Below are positions 28,557-39,564 of a DNA stretch of 64,000 nucleotides, piece by piece; positions within the stretch are counted from its first letter, which is position 1, and each line of letters opens with the position of its first letter. The notes beneath the pieces are model-generated. The model did not search any database, was not told the DNA's origin, and worked only from the letters and a program-made list of their open reading frames with translations. The position numbers and the translations under genes were made by a program. Origin of the DNA: Pseudobdellovibrionaceae bacterium (GTDB taxonomy: Bacteria; Bdellovibrionota; Bdellovibrionia; Bdellovibrionales; Bdellovibrionaceae); assembly GCA_044359815.1 (NCBI GenBank), contig JBIKLL010000001.1, positions 1 through 64,000 on the forward strand, in the 5' to 3' direction.

Positions 28557-28578
28557 ACAATACCTCCTAAGAGTATTT

Positions 28579-30522
28579 TTAAAATGTTGTTTTAAAACTT
28601 CTGGTTTTAATTTCGTTATTTAGTTTTTCAATAAACTGATTGGCCGTTTGTGGGTTCAACTGACGTCCATCATTTGTTCTGACCGACACCATTCCTGATT
28701 CGGCTTCTTTATCCCCGACCACTATCATATATGGGATTTTTTGAATCTGAGCTTCACGGATTTTGTAATTTAATTTTTCGCTCCTACGGTCAAACTGGGC
28801 CCTAATGCGATTTTGTCTGAGTAATTTTAATAAATCTTCGCAGTAGGGATTTACACGGTCTGTGACATTTAAAATAGTCGCCTGCACAGGCGCCAGCCAT
28901 GTTGGCAAATGCCCACCCACGTGCTCCAGGTAAACTCCGATAAATCTTTCCAAGGATCCTAAAATCGCTCTATGTAAAATCACTGGTCTGTGTTCTTTGT
29001 TGTCCTCACCCACAAAACTCAAATCAAAAGCATTGGGCAGATTAAAATCACACTGCAAAGTACCCACCTGCCAAGATCTATTAAGAGCATCAACAAAATG
29101 AATTTCTAATTTAGGGCCATAAAAAGCACCTTCACCAGGGCTGAAATCAAATGGGATATCCATGGCCTTCATGCCATCAGCCAAGGTCTTTTCAGCCCTG
29201 TCCCACAGCTCATCAGAACCCATGCGCTTTTCAGGACGAGTGGCTAACAGTACTTTGTACTTTGGCATTCCCAAGGTGGAATACACTTTATCCAGCAAAG
29301 CCATAAAGCTTTCAATTTCACCTTGCAATTGATCCATTGAACAAAAAATATGAGCGTCGTCTTGGCAAAAACTTCTGACCCTAGTGATTCCATGAATCAC
29401 TCCGCTTTTTTCGTATCTGTGCAGTCTTCCAAAATCCGCCATACGGATAGGAAGCTCTTTGTAGGAATGTTTTTCCGAAGCAAAAATCAAACAGTGGCTC
29501 GGGCAATTCATAGCCTTGCAGGCAAAGTCCCTTTCATCCACCTTGGTAAAATACATGTTTTCACGATAATTGGCGTAATGCCCCGATTGATGAAACAAAT
29601 CCACATCAAAAATAATGGGAGTGATGACTTCTTGATAGCCATAATCAAAATAAAGATCCCTCATGTACTGAATCAGTTCATTGTAAATCACGCTGCCTTT
29701 GCCAGTAAAAAATGGCGCTGCTGGTGAAGTCTGGTGCAAAATAAATAAGCCCATGTCTTTACCCAGTCTGCGGTGATCACGTTTTTTAGCTTCTTCCAGA
29801 TTGTGAAGATATTCGTCTAATTCTTTCTTATCGCCAAAAGCAGTGGCGTAGATTCTTTGAAGCATGGGGTTTTTCTCATCACCCCTCCAATAAGCTCCAG
29901 CTACAGACAGCAATTTGAAAGCTTTGATTTGTCCTGTGCTCTGCACATGGGGTCCCCTGCACAGATCAAACCAGTTTTTACCTTGATGATAGATTCCGAC
30001 TTTGGTTTCGCCCTTGGATTTTAGATCCTGAATCAGCTCAACCTTAAATCGTTCTTTCATTTTGGTAAACGTAGCTATGGCCTCATCCACAGGAATATCA
30101 GTTCGGGCCAGCGGCAAATCCTGTTTAACAATTTCTGCCATTTTGTTTTCAATTTTTGCCAGGTCGTCATCACTAAAAGTTTTTTCAGAATCAAAATCAT
30201 AGAAAAATCCTGAATCAATCACAGGACCTATGGTGACTTTGATATCGGGCCATAATTCCTGAACCGCTTGGGCCATCACATGAGCTGCCGTATGCCTGAT
30301 GACCTCAATACTTTGAGGAGATTTTACTGTGATGATTTCAAGCTGGGTTCCATCTTTTAGCGGAGTTCTAAAGTCTATAATTTCTTTTTGTCCATTGATT
30401 CTGGCACCCAAGGTATCCTTGGCAAGCCTAGGACCAATACTTTGAGCGACCTCCAGGGTCGTGGGCTCGTGATCGAAATTTTTTACTGATTTATCAGGTA
30501 AAATAATGCGGATTTCAGACAT
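28579..30522 (-). CDS. thrS: threonyl-tRNA synthetase
   Basis: TGS domain; DLCRGPHV, RDHRRLG, MNCPSH, GEGAFYGPK and HRAILGSLERF motifs. Confidence 0.98.
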   Translation of the reverse strand: MSEIRIILPDKSVKNFDHEPTTLEVAQSIGPRLAKDTLGARINGQKEIIDFRTPLKDGTQLEIITVKSPQSIEVIRHTAAHVMAQAVQELWPDIKVTIGPVIDSGFFYDFDSEKTFSDDDLAKIENKMAEIVKQDLPLARTDIPVDEAIATFTKMKERFKVELIQDLKSKGETKVGIYHQGKNWFDLCRGPHVQSTGQIKAFKLLSVAGAYWRGDEKNPMLQRIYATAFGDKKELDEYLHNLEEAKKRDHRRLGKDMGLFILHQTSPAAPFFTGKGSVIYNELIQYMRDLYFDYGYQEVITPIIFDVDLFHQSGHYANYRENMYFTKVDERDFACKAMNCPSHCLIFASEKHSYKELPIRMADFGRLHRYEKSGVIHGITRVRSFCQDDAHIFCSMDQLQGEIESFMALLDKVYSTLGMPKYKVLLATRPEKRMGSDELWDRAEKTLADGMKAMDIPFDFSPGEGAFYGPKLEIHFVDALNRSWQVGTLQCDFNLPNAFDLSFVGEDNKEHRPVILHRAILGSLERFIGVYLEHVGGHLPTWLAPVQATILNVTDRVNPYCEDLLKLLRQNRIRAQFDRRSEKLNYKIREAQIQKIPYMIVVGDKEAESGMVSVRTNDGRQLNPQTANQFIEKLNNEIKTRSFKTTF

Positions 30523-30645
30523 TTGAATTGGGATTAAAATTGAATTGTTTGGCTGAAACGCATAGGGTCACGTTAGTCCAAGGCCCCAGCCAGGTCAACA
30601 GCAAATTGATTAAATCCGCTCTCAGCAAGACAATGGGGCTAACCG

Positions 30646-31836
30646 TTAGTAGGTCACGTGATGGGACAAAGATTCATGAAGCCTGGGATCTTTGATCGCC
30701 ACCAAGTTGTTCTTTTGGAAAAAACGAGTGAGGGTAAACAAAAACAGTCCCATAAATAGTAACAACATTGTGACTTCGTAAAATCCAAATACCAAATAAT
30801 TACTGTTAAAGTTTGGATAAACTAACCAGTAAACATCCACATACTGCATAACCAGTATCAGGCAACAAACTGCCGTTAAATGTGCTGGATTTCGCTTGGC
30901 TCCCCTAGGCAATAAAGCCAAAAATGGAACAACAAATTTAAACACCAAAAGTGCTAAAGAAATTCTCATCCAGCCATTTTGTGACCTCATCAAGAAAAAC
31001 TCAGTTTCCTCGGGGATATTGGCGTACCAAATCAACATAAACTGGCAAAACGCAATATAAGCCCAAAATACCGTGAAGGCCTTCAGATATTTGGCTACGT
31101 CATGTATGTGTTCGATCGAATAATAGCCTTCCACCAATTTATTGTTTTTTACGTAAAGCATGATCAGCATTAAAAACGCTAAGCTGCTTTGAAATAATCC
31201 AGCAAAGCAGTAAATACCAAAAATGGTGCTGTACCAAGTTGGCAACAGTGTCATCAACAAATCCACGCTGAAAAGCGAAAATGAAATCGCAAAAAACAAA
31301 ATAAAGGCAATGCCAAACCGACGATTACTGTGGGTCAATTCTTCGTTGCCCGTAGTATCTTGATTGATTGAGTTTCCAACAATTTTGTAACCAAAATAAA
31401 TACTGCCTAAAGCAAATACTAATAATCTGATCACTAAAAACGGAACATTTAAATAGGCTGTCTTGGCTTGAACTAAAGCGCTTTGAGCAACGTAGACGGG
31501 GTCAGCCCATGGGTACAATTTTTTAACACCAACCAATAAAACCAAACATCCAACCAGTGTGATAGGCAAAAAAGATGACATGCCTTCAGCTAGTCTGCGG
31601 ATCCCTGAACTCCAGCCTGCATTGGTCACAAAATTAATCGCGGAAAAAAACAACCCGCCAAGCCCCAAACAGGTCACAAAGAAAAATGCGGTCAAATACG
31701 CAGTCCATAATCTGTCGGGATCTTTCATCAACCCCATGGCAAAACCTATTAATCCTATCAGGATAAATGCGTAGGTAATCGATTTCAAAGCTGAACTGGG
31801 TTCAAATTTTTTCAAGTTAGTTGCGTGCGCTGCCAT
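30646..31836 (-). CDS. actF: alternative complex III membrane subunit ActF
   Basis: Multi-TM; WYSTIFG and QFMLIWYANIPEET motifs; operon position. Confidence 0.88.
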   Translation of the reverse strand: MAAHATNLKKFEPSSALKSITYAFILIGLIGFAMGLMKDPDRLWTAYLTAFFFVTCLGLGGLFFSAINFVTNAGWSSGIRRLAEGMSSFLPITLVGCLVLLVGVKKLYPWADPVYVAQSALVQAKTAYLNVPFLVIRLLVFALGSIYFGYKIVGNSINQDTTGNEELTHSNRRFGIAFILFFAISFSLFSVDLLMTLLPTWYSTIFGIYCFAGLFQSSLAFLMLIMLYVKNNKLVEGYYSIEHIHDVAKYLKAFTVFWAYIAFCQFMLIWYANIPEETEFFLMRSQNGWMRISLALLVFKFVVPFLALLPRGAKRNPAHLTAVCCLILVMQYVDVYWLVYPNFNSNYLVFGFYEVTMLLLFMGLFLFTLTRFFQKNNLVAIKDPRLHESLSHHVTY

Positions 31837-31847
31837 TTTTTATGACC

Positions 31848-32381
31848 TCATTGTTTTTGTAAGTAACGAATATAATTGACGACCTGCCATCGGTATTTTT
31901 GTGGAACATGCGAAGCATAGGGACCCATCACACCTTGGCCCACAGTGATCACATGATAAATCTGACCGTCTGTCCAATTTCTGATCTTATCTGAATTTAA
32001 AGGTGGCGGCTTGATAGGCATTTTTTCAACTGCTGAGCCGTCACCCTTTAATCCATCACCGTGGCAAAGCGCGCAGTGAGTAACGTAGTATTTTTGCCCA
32101 GCCATTAAAGTTTCAGGATCCATGTTTCCAGCCATGGGATTTGGATTGGCTTTCGCGCCTTCAATGTCTTTTGCAAAACGATAGGGCTTAAATCCCACAG
32201 GTACTGTGTGAGCCGGTGGAACCCGTGACCCGTTGTTGTCTGAAAAAGTTGCATCAAATTCTTGCGGCTTAACAGTGTCTTGTTCCATCATATCCTGAAT
32301 CAATTCGATGTTTGGTTCTTTTTTGCTGGAGCATCCAACAACTAAAACCATGGCACTTAAAACAAATAAAAACTTACTCAT
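31848..32381 (-). CDS. actE: alternative complex III monoheme cytochrome c lipoprotein ActE
   Basis: Lipobox VVGC; CALCH; distal Met region GVMGPY. Confidence 0.87.
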   Translation of the reverse strand: MSKFLFVLSAMVLVVGCSSKKEPNIELIQDMMEQDTVKPQEFDATFSDNNGSRVPPAHTVPVGFKPYRFAKDIEGAKANPNPMAGNMDPETLMAGQKYYVTHCALCHGDGLKGDGSAVEKMPIKPPPLNSDKIRNWTDGQIYHVITVGQGVMGPYASHVPQKYRWQVVNYIRYLQKQ

Positions 32382-32382
32382 G

Positions 32383-32901
32383 CTAAAACTCCGTCCTTTT
32401 GACTTCGCTCGCACCAGAAGACTTAAATACGTCCTCGATCTTTTTTTCGTCGTAGCCTTTGTCATCACTGGGGACAAAGATCGCAAACTTTGAGCAAGTC
32501 AGATCAGGATGAATCACCGGCGGATCAACCTTGGGAAGTCCACAGGCACCTATCATTGCACCCACCGAAAAGAGTGCGGCAAATAAAATCGTGCATTCGA
32601 AAATGATAGGAACAAATGCTGGCAAACTGAAAAACGGTTTACCGCCAACGTTGATGGGCCAATTGACAGCTGAAGTCCACCAAGTCAGCCAAAGGCCTCC
32701 TGACAAACCAGCTAATCCTGCAAAAAAAGTTACGTAAGGAATCCAAGATCTTTTAATACCACAGGCTTCTTCCATCCCGTGCACCGGGTAAGGTGTGATG
32801 GCATCAAATTTTACAAATCCCATTTCACGAATTTTTCGTGCTGCTTTTAAAGTTTCTTCCTCGCTAGTAAAAATACCAGCTATTCCTTTTTTGTAAGCCA
32901 T
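32383..32901 (-). CDS. actD: alternative complex III subunit ActD (DUF3341)
   Basis: TPYPVHG and NVGGKPFFSLPAFVPIIFE motifs. Confidence 0.9.
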   Translation of the reverse strand: MAYKKGIAGIFTSEEETLKAARKIREMGFVKFDAITPYPVHGMEEACGIKRSWIPYVTFFAGLAGLSGGLWLTWWTSAVNWPINVGGKPFFSLPAFVPIIFECTILFAALFSVGAMIGACGLPKVDPPVIHPDLTCSKFAIFVPSDDKGYDEKKIEDVFKSSGASEVKRTEF

Positions 32902-34253
32902 TAGTGTTTCCCCCCTTTACCAACATTCAATACGGGCTTCACCTCAGCAATAGAAATTGCTGGGAACACTCGCAAGTAAAGTAAGAACAAAGTTAAGAAC
33001 ATTCCAAAGCTTCCCAACAACACTCCGGTATCAAAAAAGCTCCAGGCGTAATTTCCCCAGCTGGCTGGTAAAAAGTCATGATGCAAACTGGTTACCGTGA
33101 TCACAAAACGCTCAAACCACATACCGATATTCACGCAAATTGAAATTGCAAACATCCAAGGAATGCTTCTTCTGATTTTTTGAAACCAGAAAAGCTGTGG
33201 AATTAGCACATTACATGTAACCATAACCCAATAGGACCACCCGTAGTCACCAAGGGCTCTGTTAAAGAACACTTCGCGCTCATACAAATTGCCCGAATAC
33301 CAAGCTATAAAAAACTCAGCTCCATAAGCGTAACCAACCATCAGACCTGTAGCCATGATGATTTTGTTCATGACCTCCATATGATCCAAGGTGATGTATT
33401 TTTTAAACTCAGGAAAACCAATCCTGACCAAAGTCATCAAAGTGATCACCATTCCAAATCCAGAAAAGATCGCACCGGCAACGAAATACGGTGGAAAGAT
33501 TGTCGTATGCCAACCTGGTAAATTAGAAACCGCAAAGTCAAAACTAACGATGGTGTGAACTGATAAAACCAGAGGTGTCGATAGACCTGCCAAAATCATA
33601 TAAACCATTTCGTAATGGCTCCAATCCCTGGCTGAACCTCTCCAACCCAGGGACAAAATTCCATAAATGCTTCTGCGCAGTTTTGTTTTTGCGCGGTCTC
33701 TGATCGTTGCAAAATCTGGAACCATACCCACATACCAAAAAACTATAGATACAGTGGCGTAGGTTGAAACCGCAAACACGTCCCACAGAAGCGGTGATCT
33801 GAAATTCACCCACAATGGTCCCCTTTGGTTAGGATAAGGCAAAAGCCAAAAATCCAACCATGGTCTTCCTGTGTGAAGCAGTGGGAACAATCCAGCTGTC
33901 ATAACTGCAAAAACAGTCATGGCCTCAGCAGTTCTGGCCACACTGGTGCGCCATTTTTGTCTGAACAAAAACAAAATCGCAGAAATCAAGGTTCCTGCGT
34001 GACCGATACCAATCCAAAACACGAAGGTGATGATCATGGTTCCCCAACCATTTGGATGATTCACACCCAATAGCCCCATCCCCTGAGTGATCACACAGGC
34101 TAAAATTACCAAATAAAACAGCAGTAAAGTTTTTGCTGACAAAAACATCCCGATCCAACCTTTTGATGGAAAGGTCTCAACGGGCTGGCAGATATCATCG
34201 GTTACATCTTTTAAAGTTTTATTGCCTAAAACGAGCGGATTACGATTAATCAT
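32901..34253 (-). CDS. actC: alternative complex III quinol-binding NrfD-like subunit ActC
   Basis: [22 protein letters not shown] and [16 protein letters not shown] motifs. Confidence 0.93.
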   Translation of the reverse strand: MINRNPLVLGNKTLKDVTDDICQPVETFPSKGWIGMFLSAKTLLLFYLVILACVITQGMGLLGVNHPNGWGTMIITFVFWIGIGHAGTLISAILFLFRQKWRTSVARTAEAMTVFAVMTAGLFPLLHTGRPWLDFWLLPYPNQRGPLWVNFRSPLLWDVFAVSTYATVSIVFWYVGMVPDFATIRDRAKTKLRRSIYGILSLGWRGSARDWSHYEMVYMILAGLSTPLVLSVHTIVSFDFAVSNLPGWHTTIFPPYFVAGAIFSGFGMVITLMTLVRIGFPEFKKYITLDHMEVMNKIIMATGLMVGYAYGAEFFIAWYSGNLYEREVFFNRALGDYGWSYWVMVTCNVLIPQLFWFQKIRRSIPWMFAISICVNIGMWFERFVITVTSLHHDFLPASWGNYAWSFFDTGVLLGSFGMFLTLFLLYLRVFPAISIAEVKPVLNVGKGGKH

Positions 34254-37200
34254 GAGTGGCCACCCCCGTGTCCAGCTTCATTGCGGGTTGCTTGATTGTT
34301 ATTTCTGATTTTCGATAGGTACCGAACACTGGGTGCCGCATTGAATTCTTCGATCAATGCGTAGGCCCTTGGGTCTTCTTTAAATGCTTTCGCAACCTGA
34401 GATTCCGGATCATTTAAATCACCAAACACAATGGCGTCTGTTGGGCACACCTGCTGACAAGCTGTTTTAATATCGCCGTCTTTCAATGTTCGATTTTCGG
34501 ATTTAGCGTTGATTTTTTCGCCTTTGATTCTGTGTGTACAGAAGGTGCATTTTTCCATCACACCCCTCATACGTTGAGTCACATCAGGATTCAGAGCTAG
34601 GTGTAATGGTTTTTCAACCTTAGTTGCGTAATTAAACCAGTTAAATCTTCGAACTTTGTACGGGCAGTTGTTGGCACAGTATCTGGTTCCAACACATCTG
34701 TTGTAAACCATATCATTCAAGCCTTCAGAACTGTGAACCGTTGCCATAACTGGACAAACAGTTTCGCAAGGAGCGTTATCACAATGCTGACACATCACCG
34801 GTTGATAAACCGTTTCTGCATCCTGGGCATCGCCCACATAATACCGGTCAATGCGGATCCAATGCATTTCACGACCTTCTATCATATAGCGCTTGCCAAC
34901 AACAGGAATGTTGTTTTCAGATTGGCAGGCGATCACGCAGGCGTTGCAACCATTGCAAAGATTCAAATCAACTTTCATTCCCCACTTATGACCATTAAAA
35001 TTGTGTCCTGGCCACAGAGACCAGATGTGATGTTTGTGATTATTAGAGGCTGCGTCCTTTAAGTATTCTTGCAAAGTCGCTTCGACAACAATTTTGCGAC
35101 CCTGCATCGCATGTCCACCCTGAGGATTTGCTAGCGGGTATTTTTCAGAAGTCTTTTTTAAAGCCACTGAAACACCTGCTGCCACATTATTTTTAACTAA
35201 ACCAAATGCATTAAATCCAATTTTATTTCCAACTTTTCCTGCCCTTGTTCGACCATATCCAACAGGTATAGCAACCACTCCGTCATGCAGTCCCGGCTGA
35301 ACCTGTGCTGGCAATTTGATTTTCTGACCATCGATAGTCAGCTCCAGCACATCGCCCTCTTTAACCCCCAGCTTTTCAGCTGTAGCTAAAGAAATTGAGG
35401 CAAAGTTATCCCAAGCGATCTTACGAACCGGATCTGGCAATTCTTGCAGCCAAGAAATATTGGCATAGGTGCCATCCCCAAGAGCGATTGAAGAATAAAG
35501 TGCTAATTCGTATTCACTAGCGGCCACTGGTTTAACCAATGACAACGCATCTGATTTGAAACTTCTTTTTGATCCGCCACTACCCAGATCACCGGCCACT
35601 CCGTCTTGCAGAGCTTTTTCCCAAGCGTCTTCAAAGCCTTTTCCGCCACCGACTTTTGGTAACACTGATTCTTTCCAATAGCTTCGCACAACTTCATAAT
35701 TGTTTTCGCTAGATGAAATTTTCTTGCCTGCAATGTTTGACCATTTAATCAGACTGGTTTGAAAATCCCTAGTATCATACATGGGGCTGATCAAAGGTTG
35801 TTGTATAGAATAAACACCTTTTACAGCTTCCAAATCACCCCAGTTTTCCAATGGGTGATGATCGGGGGTTATGTAGTCTGCAAAAAATCCCGTTTCATCA
35901 TTTCTGTCACCAGTGTAAATCACCATTTCAGCTTTTTTCAATGCTTCGGTTAGCTGAGCTGTAGGAGCATTGTAAACAGGATTGGTTCTGTGAATCACAA
36001 CGGTTTTAATTTTACCGTCGTTCAAGTCTTTTGCCAAATCTGCCAAATCAGAATACCCAGACATCGATGTAAAGTAACTGTTGTGATCAACAGTGCTGCC
36101 ATCATTATCCAAAATCGAATTCAGGTAATTAACAGCAATCTGCAATCCCACTGCAGAACTGGTTTGCGTCGACAATCCACCTGCAACAACTAATGATTGG
36201 CCTTTGTTTTTCATCAAAGCTTCAGCAGCATCTGCAACTAATTTAGCTGCCGCTGGCTCCAAGGCTGCTGAACCTGAATTCATTTTGTTTCCAGAAATTT
36301 TTTCGATCAAAGCTTGAGCCACTGCCACCTGCTGGCTGGGTTTAATTTTTGCTCTTAGATCAGCGTTTGAACTGGTTAAAGAATAAGTTGAATCAAATGA
36401 TATTAACTGATTCATTTTGCTGGGGTCTTTGCGGCCCGAGCTAAATCCCCTGGCAAAAGCCGTCGGAGCTATCCAAGTCCCCAAAAAATCCGCATCAATA
36501 CTGACGATGACTTTTGCTTTATCAAATCTGTAATAAGGAACCACAGCTTCGCCGTAAGAAAGTTTTTGCCCTTGAGCAATGGCTTCATTGTTCAAAGGTT
36601 CATAGCTGTAATGTGTCCCAGACACAGCTTTGCAAAAATCGCTGATCAAGTTTTTTAAACTGGGGGATGAAACTCCACCAGTCAGCACAGCTACAGAGCC
36701 TTTTTTCAGTTGAGCGCCAATGGCCTCATCAGCCCGCTTCCAATCAGTGGAAATCGAATCATGATTTGATCTGGTTTTATTTTGCAAGTTTCTGATAGGG
36801 CCTTTGATTCTTTCAGGATCATACAATGATAAAATCGAAGCTTGGGCTCTGGCTGAGGTTGCCCCTTTGTTTAAAGGATGTTTGGGATTACCTTCGATTT
36901 TAATGGGTCTGCCGTCTTTTGATTTGACCAACAATCCCATGGGCTCGCTGCCATCAAAAAATGTTGAAGTGTAGTAATTGGCGATACCCAAAGTCACTTC
37001 TTCGGGTTGAGTATTATAAGGAACAATTTTTTGAACGGGCCTTCTGATACAGCCTGCTGTGGCCATCGCCAGTGATGCGCCCATCAGTTTCAAAAATTCT
37101 CGGCGTGCCCATCCCTCTTGCTGTGCGTTTTCAGCCCTAAGAGGAGATGTTTGAAATTCCTCTTCAGCTTTTTTGGCAAATTCAGGATCGTTTGACCATT

Positions 37201-37267
37201 GCTCTAAAGACAACCAATAGCGCGAATCCAGTTTTTCAGAGTTGGTAGTTGTTGTTTCATTTGTCAT
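34250..37267 (-). CDS. actB: alternative complex III subunit ActB (molybdopterin-like plus Fe-S domains)
   Basis: Tat-type [34 protein letters not shown] and EKCTFC Fe-S motifs. Confidence 0.93.
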   Translation of the reverse strand: MTNETTTTNSEKLDSRYWLSLEQWSNDPEFAKKAEEEFQTSPLRAENAQQEGWARREFLKLMGASLAMATAGCIRRPVQKIVPYNTQPEEVTLGIANYYTSTFFDGSEPMGLLVKSKDGRPIKIEGNPKHPLNKGATSARAQASILSLYDPERIKGPIRNLQNKTRSNHDSISTDWKRADEAIGAQLKKGSVAVLTGGVSSPSLKNLISDFCKAVSGTHYSYEPLNNEAIAQGQKLSYGEAVVPYYRFDKAKVIVSIDADFLGTWIAPTAFARGFSSGRKDPSKMNQLISFDSTYSLTSSNADLRAKIKPSQQVAVAQALIEKISGNKMNSGSAALEPAAAKLVADAAEALMKNKGQSLVVAGGLSTQTSSAVGLQIAVNYLNSILDNDGSTVDHNSYFTSMSGYSDLADLAKDLNDGKIKTVVIHRTNPVYNAPTAQLTEALKKAEMVIYTGDRNDETGFFADYITPDHHPLENWGDLEAVKGVYSIQQPLISPMYDTRDFQTSLIKWSNIAGKKISSSENNYEVVRSYWKESVLPKVGGGKGFEDAWEKALQDGVAGDLGSGGSKRSFKSDALSLVKPVAASEYELALYSSIALGDGTYANISWLQELPDPVRKIAWDNFASISLATAEKLGVKEGDVLELTIDGQKIKLPAQVQPGLHDGVVAIPVGYGRTRAGKVGNKIGFNAFGLVKNNVAAGVSVALKKTSEKYPLANPQGGHAMQGRKIVVEATLQEYLKDAASNNHKHHIWSLWPGHNFNGHKWGMKVDLNLCNGCNACVIACQSENNIPVVGKRYMIEGREMHWIRIDRYYVGDAQDAETVYQPVMCQHCDNAPCETVCPVMATVHSSEGLNDMVYNRCVGTRYCANNCPYKVRRFNWFNYATKVEKPLHLALNPDVTQRMRGVMEKCTFCTHRIKGEKINAKSENRTLKDGDIKTACQQVCPTDAIVFGDLNDPESQVAKAFKEDPRAYALIEEFNAAPSVRYLSKIRNNNQATRNEAGHGGGHS

Positions 37268-37279
37268 CGTCTTTACCCT

Positions 37280-37825
37280 TTAGTGATGGCAGGTTGAACA
37301 GTTTAATGGTGCATTGTTTTCAGGTTGGCGGTGACAGTTCACACACCAGCCCATCGACAAATCAGAAAATTGTTCGACCACTTTCATGGTTTCAATTTGG
37401 CCGTGGCAAGTTTGGCAATTCACACCTTTATTAACGTGAGCCTGATGGGAAAATTTAACGTGTTCAGGCAGCATGTGAACCTTTACCCATTCAATAGATT
37501 TGCCGGCATCATAGGCTTCGCGCATTTTTTTGACATAAGGGCTGTCGGTTTTGACAGTTAAATGACAATTCATACAAGTGCTCAATGCAGGAATGATTGA
37601 GTGATTGGCTCGTTCAACCTGATTGTGACAATACTGACAATTTATTTTAAGTTGTCCTGCGTGCAGCGAATGATCGTAAGGAATAGGCTGTTCTGGCGCG
37701 TAGCCTTTATTGTAACCTATCCCATACTGAAATTTACAACCCGACAGAAAACTGATTGAGAAAAGGCCGGCGAACAAAACCAGAATCGCATTCTTTCGCA
37801 TAGCCAATCGCGGTGAAAATGACAT
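37280..37825 (-). CDS. actA: alternative complex III pentaheme cytochrome c ActA
   Basis: Five CxxCH motifs; PEQPIPYDHSLHAG. Confidence 0.9.
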   Translation of the reverse strand: MSFSPRLAMRKNAILVLFAGLFSISFLSGCKFQYGIGYNKGYAPEQPIPYDHSLHAGQLKINCQYCHNQVERANHSIIPALSTCMNCHLTVKTDSPYVKKMREAYDAGKSIEWVKVHMLPEHVKFSHQAHVNKGVNCQTCHGQIETMKVVEQFSDLSMGWCVNCHRQPENNAPLNCSTCHH

Positions 37826-37944
37826 GATGGTGCTCCAAAGATGTTAACTATTAATATCTCTAATAACTAATTTAAAAACCTTATTGAGCTACAAATCAAC
37901 TTTCTTTTTGAAATGTTTTTGATAATTGCTTTAGACAAAAAGCG

Positions 37945-39564
37945 TTAGGTTTTTGATTTTGATTCTCGATTTGCGATCACAACATACAAAACAAAAAGCA
38001 AATGTGCTGCCACAAATGTAGACACATACTCTACACCACCGGCGCCAAACCCGTAACTGTGAAGGCCTGCACCCAAAACAAAATTCACTCCATACCAAGC
38101 CATAATCACCAAAGAAAATGTCACAACAGCACTGGCCATCATGCCCAGATCCTTTATCAGTCCAACCATTCTTCCATGCAAAACTGCCAAATATCCCAGC
38201 AGCGCAATCAATGCCCAAGTTTCTTTCGGATCCCAGCCCCAAAATCTTCCCCAAGAATAATCCGCCCAAACGCCACCCAAAATTATTCCAGGTGCCAAAA
38301 GCGCAACTCCAATCTGAATTGATCGATAAATCGCAAGGACGATGGCTTTGTTTCTTTCAATGTTCATGTTTTTCTTTAAGTGTAAAATCAAACCAATATC
38401 GCCTAATACAAATGCCAGAACATGGACAGTTAACCACAGATTGCTTCGAAGCACAGGTTCCAGTGGAGTCAATGAGGCGTCCAAAACAGCCGGGGCTCTG
38501 TCGGCAATCGCCAGGCAAAACGCAGACACAATAGATCCTGCCAATAAAATAAACTTCCACCGATAAATGAGCTCTATGATGATGGCAAAAACCACGGCAC
38601 CAAATCCCACCCAAACAACGGTCTCATACATATTTGAAACTGGCGGACGCCCGGTTAAATACATTCTGTATCCAAAACCAACGAGATACAAAATCATCCC
38701 TATACCTGTAAAAAACCAGGCGGCTAAATACCCTTGGGGTTTATTAAAGATCCAAGAAATCATGACCCCTAAAGCCGACAAAATAAAAGCCCAACAAGCC
38801 CAACCAAAGGGGTGAAAAATATTGTAAGCCACCTCTGCATGAATCTGATTTTTAACATTATATAATTCTGCATTCTGAGCCTTTGCTAAGGCTCCAAAAC
38901 CCTCAACCTGTTCTTTAAGTCTGACGTTCACGCTGTTGATTTCTGCGGCTGGCTTGTTTTCCATTTTTGCCATCAATGATTCAACAAAGATTTTTGAAAT
39001 TTCTGAAAATTGAGTTTGAAACGTCTGATCCAAATCAGGCAATCCCAACCATTTGTCGCCTTCTTTGGGCGGCACAATCCTTATCAACCGGCCTGCAGCA
39101 ATTTCACGAAAAGTGAATAACTGATTTTCCAGCCTCTGAATTGATTGATAAAAAGGATCCAGCTTTTCTTTGCTTTCGCGCTTACTGCTCAGTTCTTGAA
39201 CCAGCAGCGGAAGTCTTTCATTACCCATAAGCTGATTAAACGAAAACAGGTTTTTACTGGCATCAAGCTTTAAAGCCTCTTTTAACTGCGAAAACTTAAC
39301 CTCAAAAAGATCTTTTTCTTGCCAAGCAGTTGGTTGCAAAATCCAAGTGAAAATAATTTCTGTGGCTGATTTTTTTTCGAAGGTCGGTTTTCCGTGAATC
39401 AAAAGCATAGACTCTCTGGCAAAACTTTGAAAGGGCTTAATACGGCCACCCTCTTGAATGGGCAGATAGTCTAGAGCATTTGATGATTCAAACAGAGCAT
39501 GCACTGCCAGAGGCGAAAAAATGCAAAAAAACAAAGCCACTACTTTTTGTTTCAATGATTTCAT
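37945..39564 (-). CDS. ccsA: system II cytochrome c synthase CcsA/ResC
   Basis: WADYSWGRFWGWDPKETW (WWD motif), GRPPVSNMYE and GLHSY. Confidence 0.93.
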   Translation of the reverse strand: MKSLKQKVVALFFCIFSPLAVHALFESSNALDYLPIQEGGRIKPFQSFARESMLLIHGKPTFEKKSATEIIFTWILQPTAWQEKDLFEVKFSQLKEALKLDASKNLFSFNQLMGNERLPLLVQELSSKRESKEKLDPFYQSIQRLENQLFTFREIAAGRLIRIVPPKEGDKWLGLPDLDQTFQTQFSEISKIFVESLMAKMENKPAAEINSVNVRLKEQVEGFGALAKAQNAELYNVKNQIHAEVAYNIFHPFGWACWAFILSALGVMISWIFNKPQGYLAAWFFTGIGMILYLVGFGYRMYLTGRPPVSNMYETVVWVGFGAVVFAIIIELIYRWKFILLAGSIVSAFCLAIADRAPAVLDASLTPLEPVLRSNLWLTVHVLAFVLGDIGLILHLKKNMNIERNKAIVLAIYRSIQIGVALLAPGIILGGVWADYSWGRFWGWDPKETWALIALLGYLAVLHGRMVGLIKDLGMMASAVVTFSLVIMAWYGVNFVLGAGLHSYGFGAGGVEYVSTFVAAHLLFVLYVVIANRESKSKT

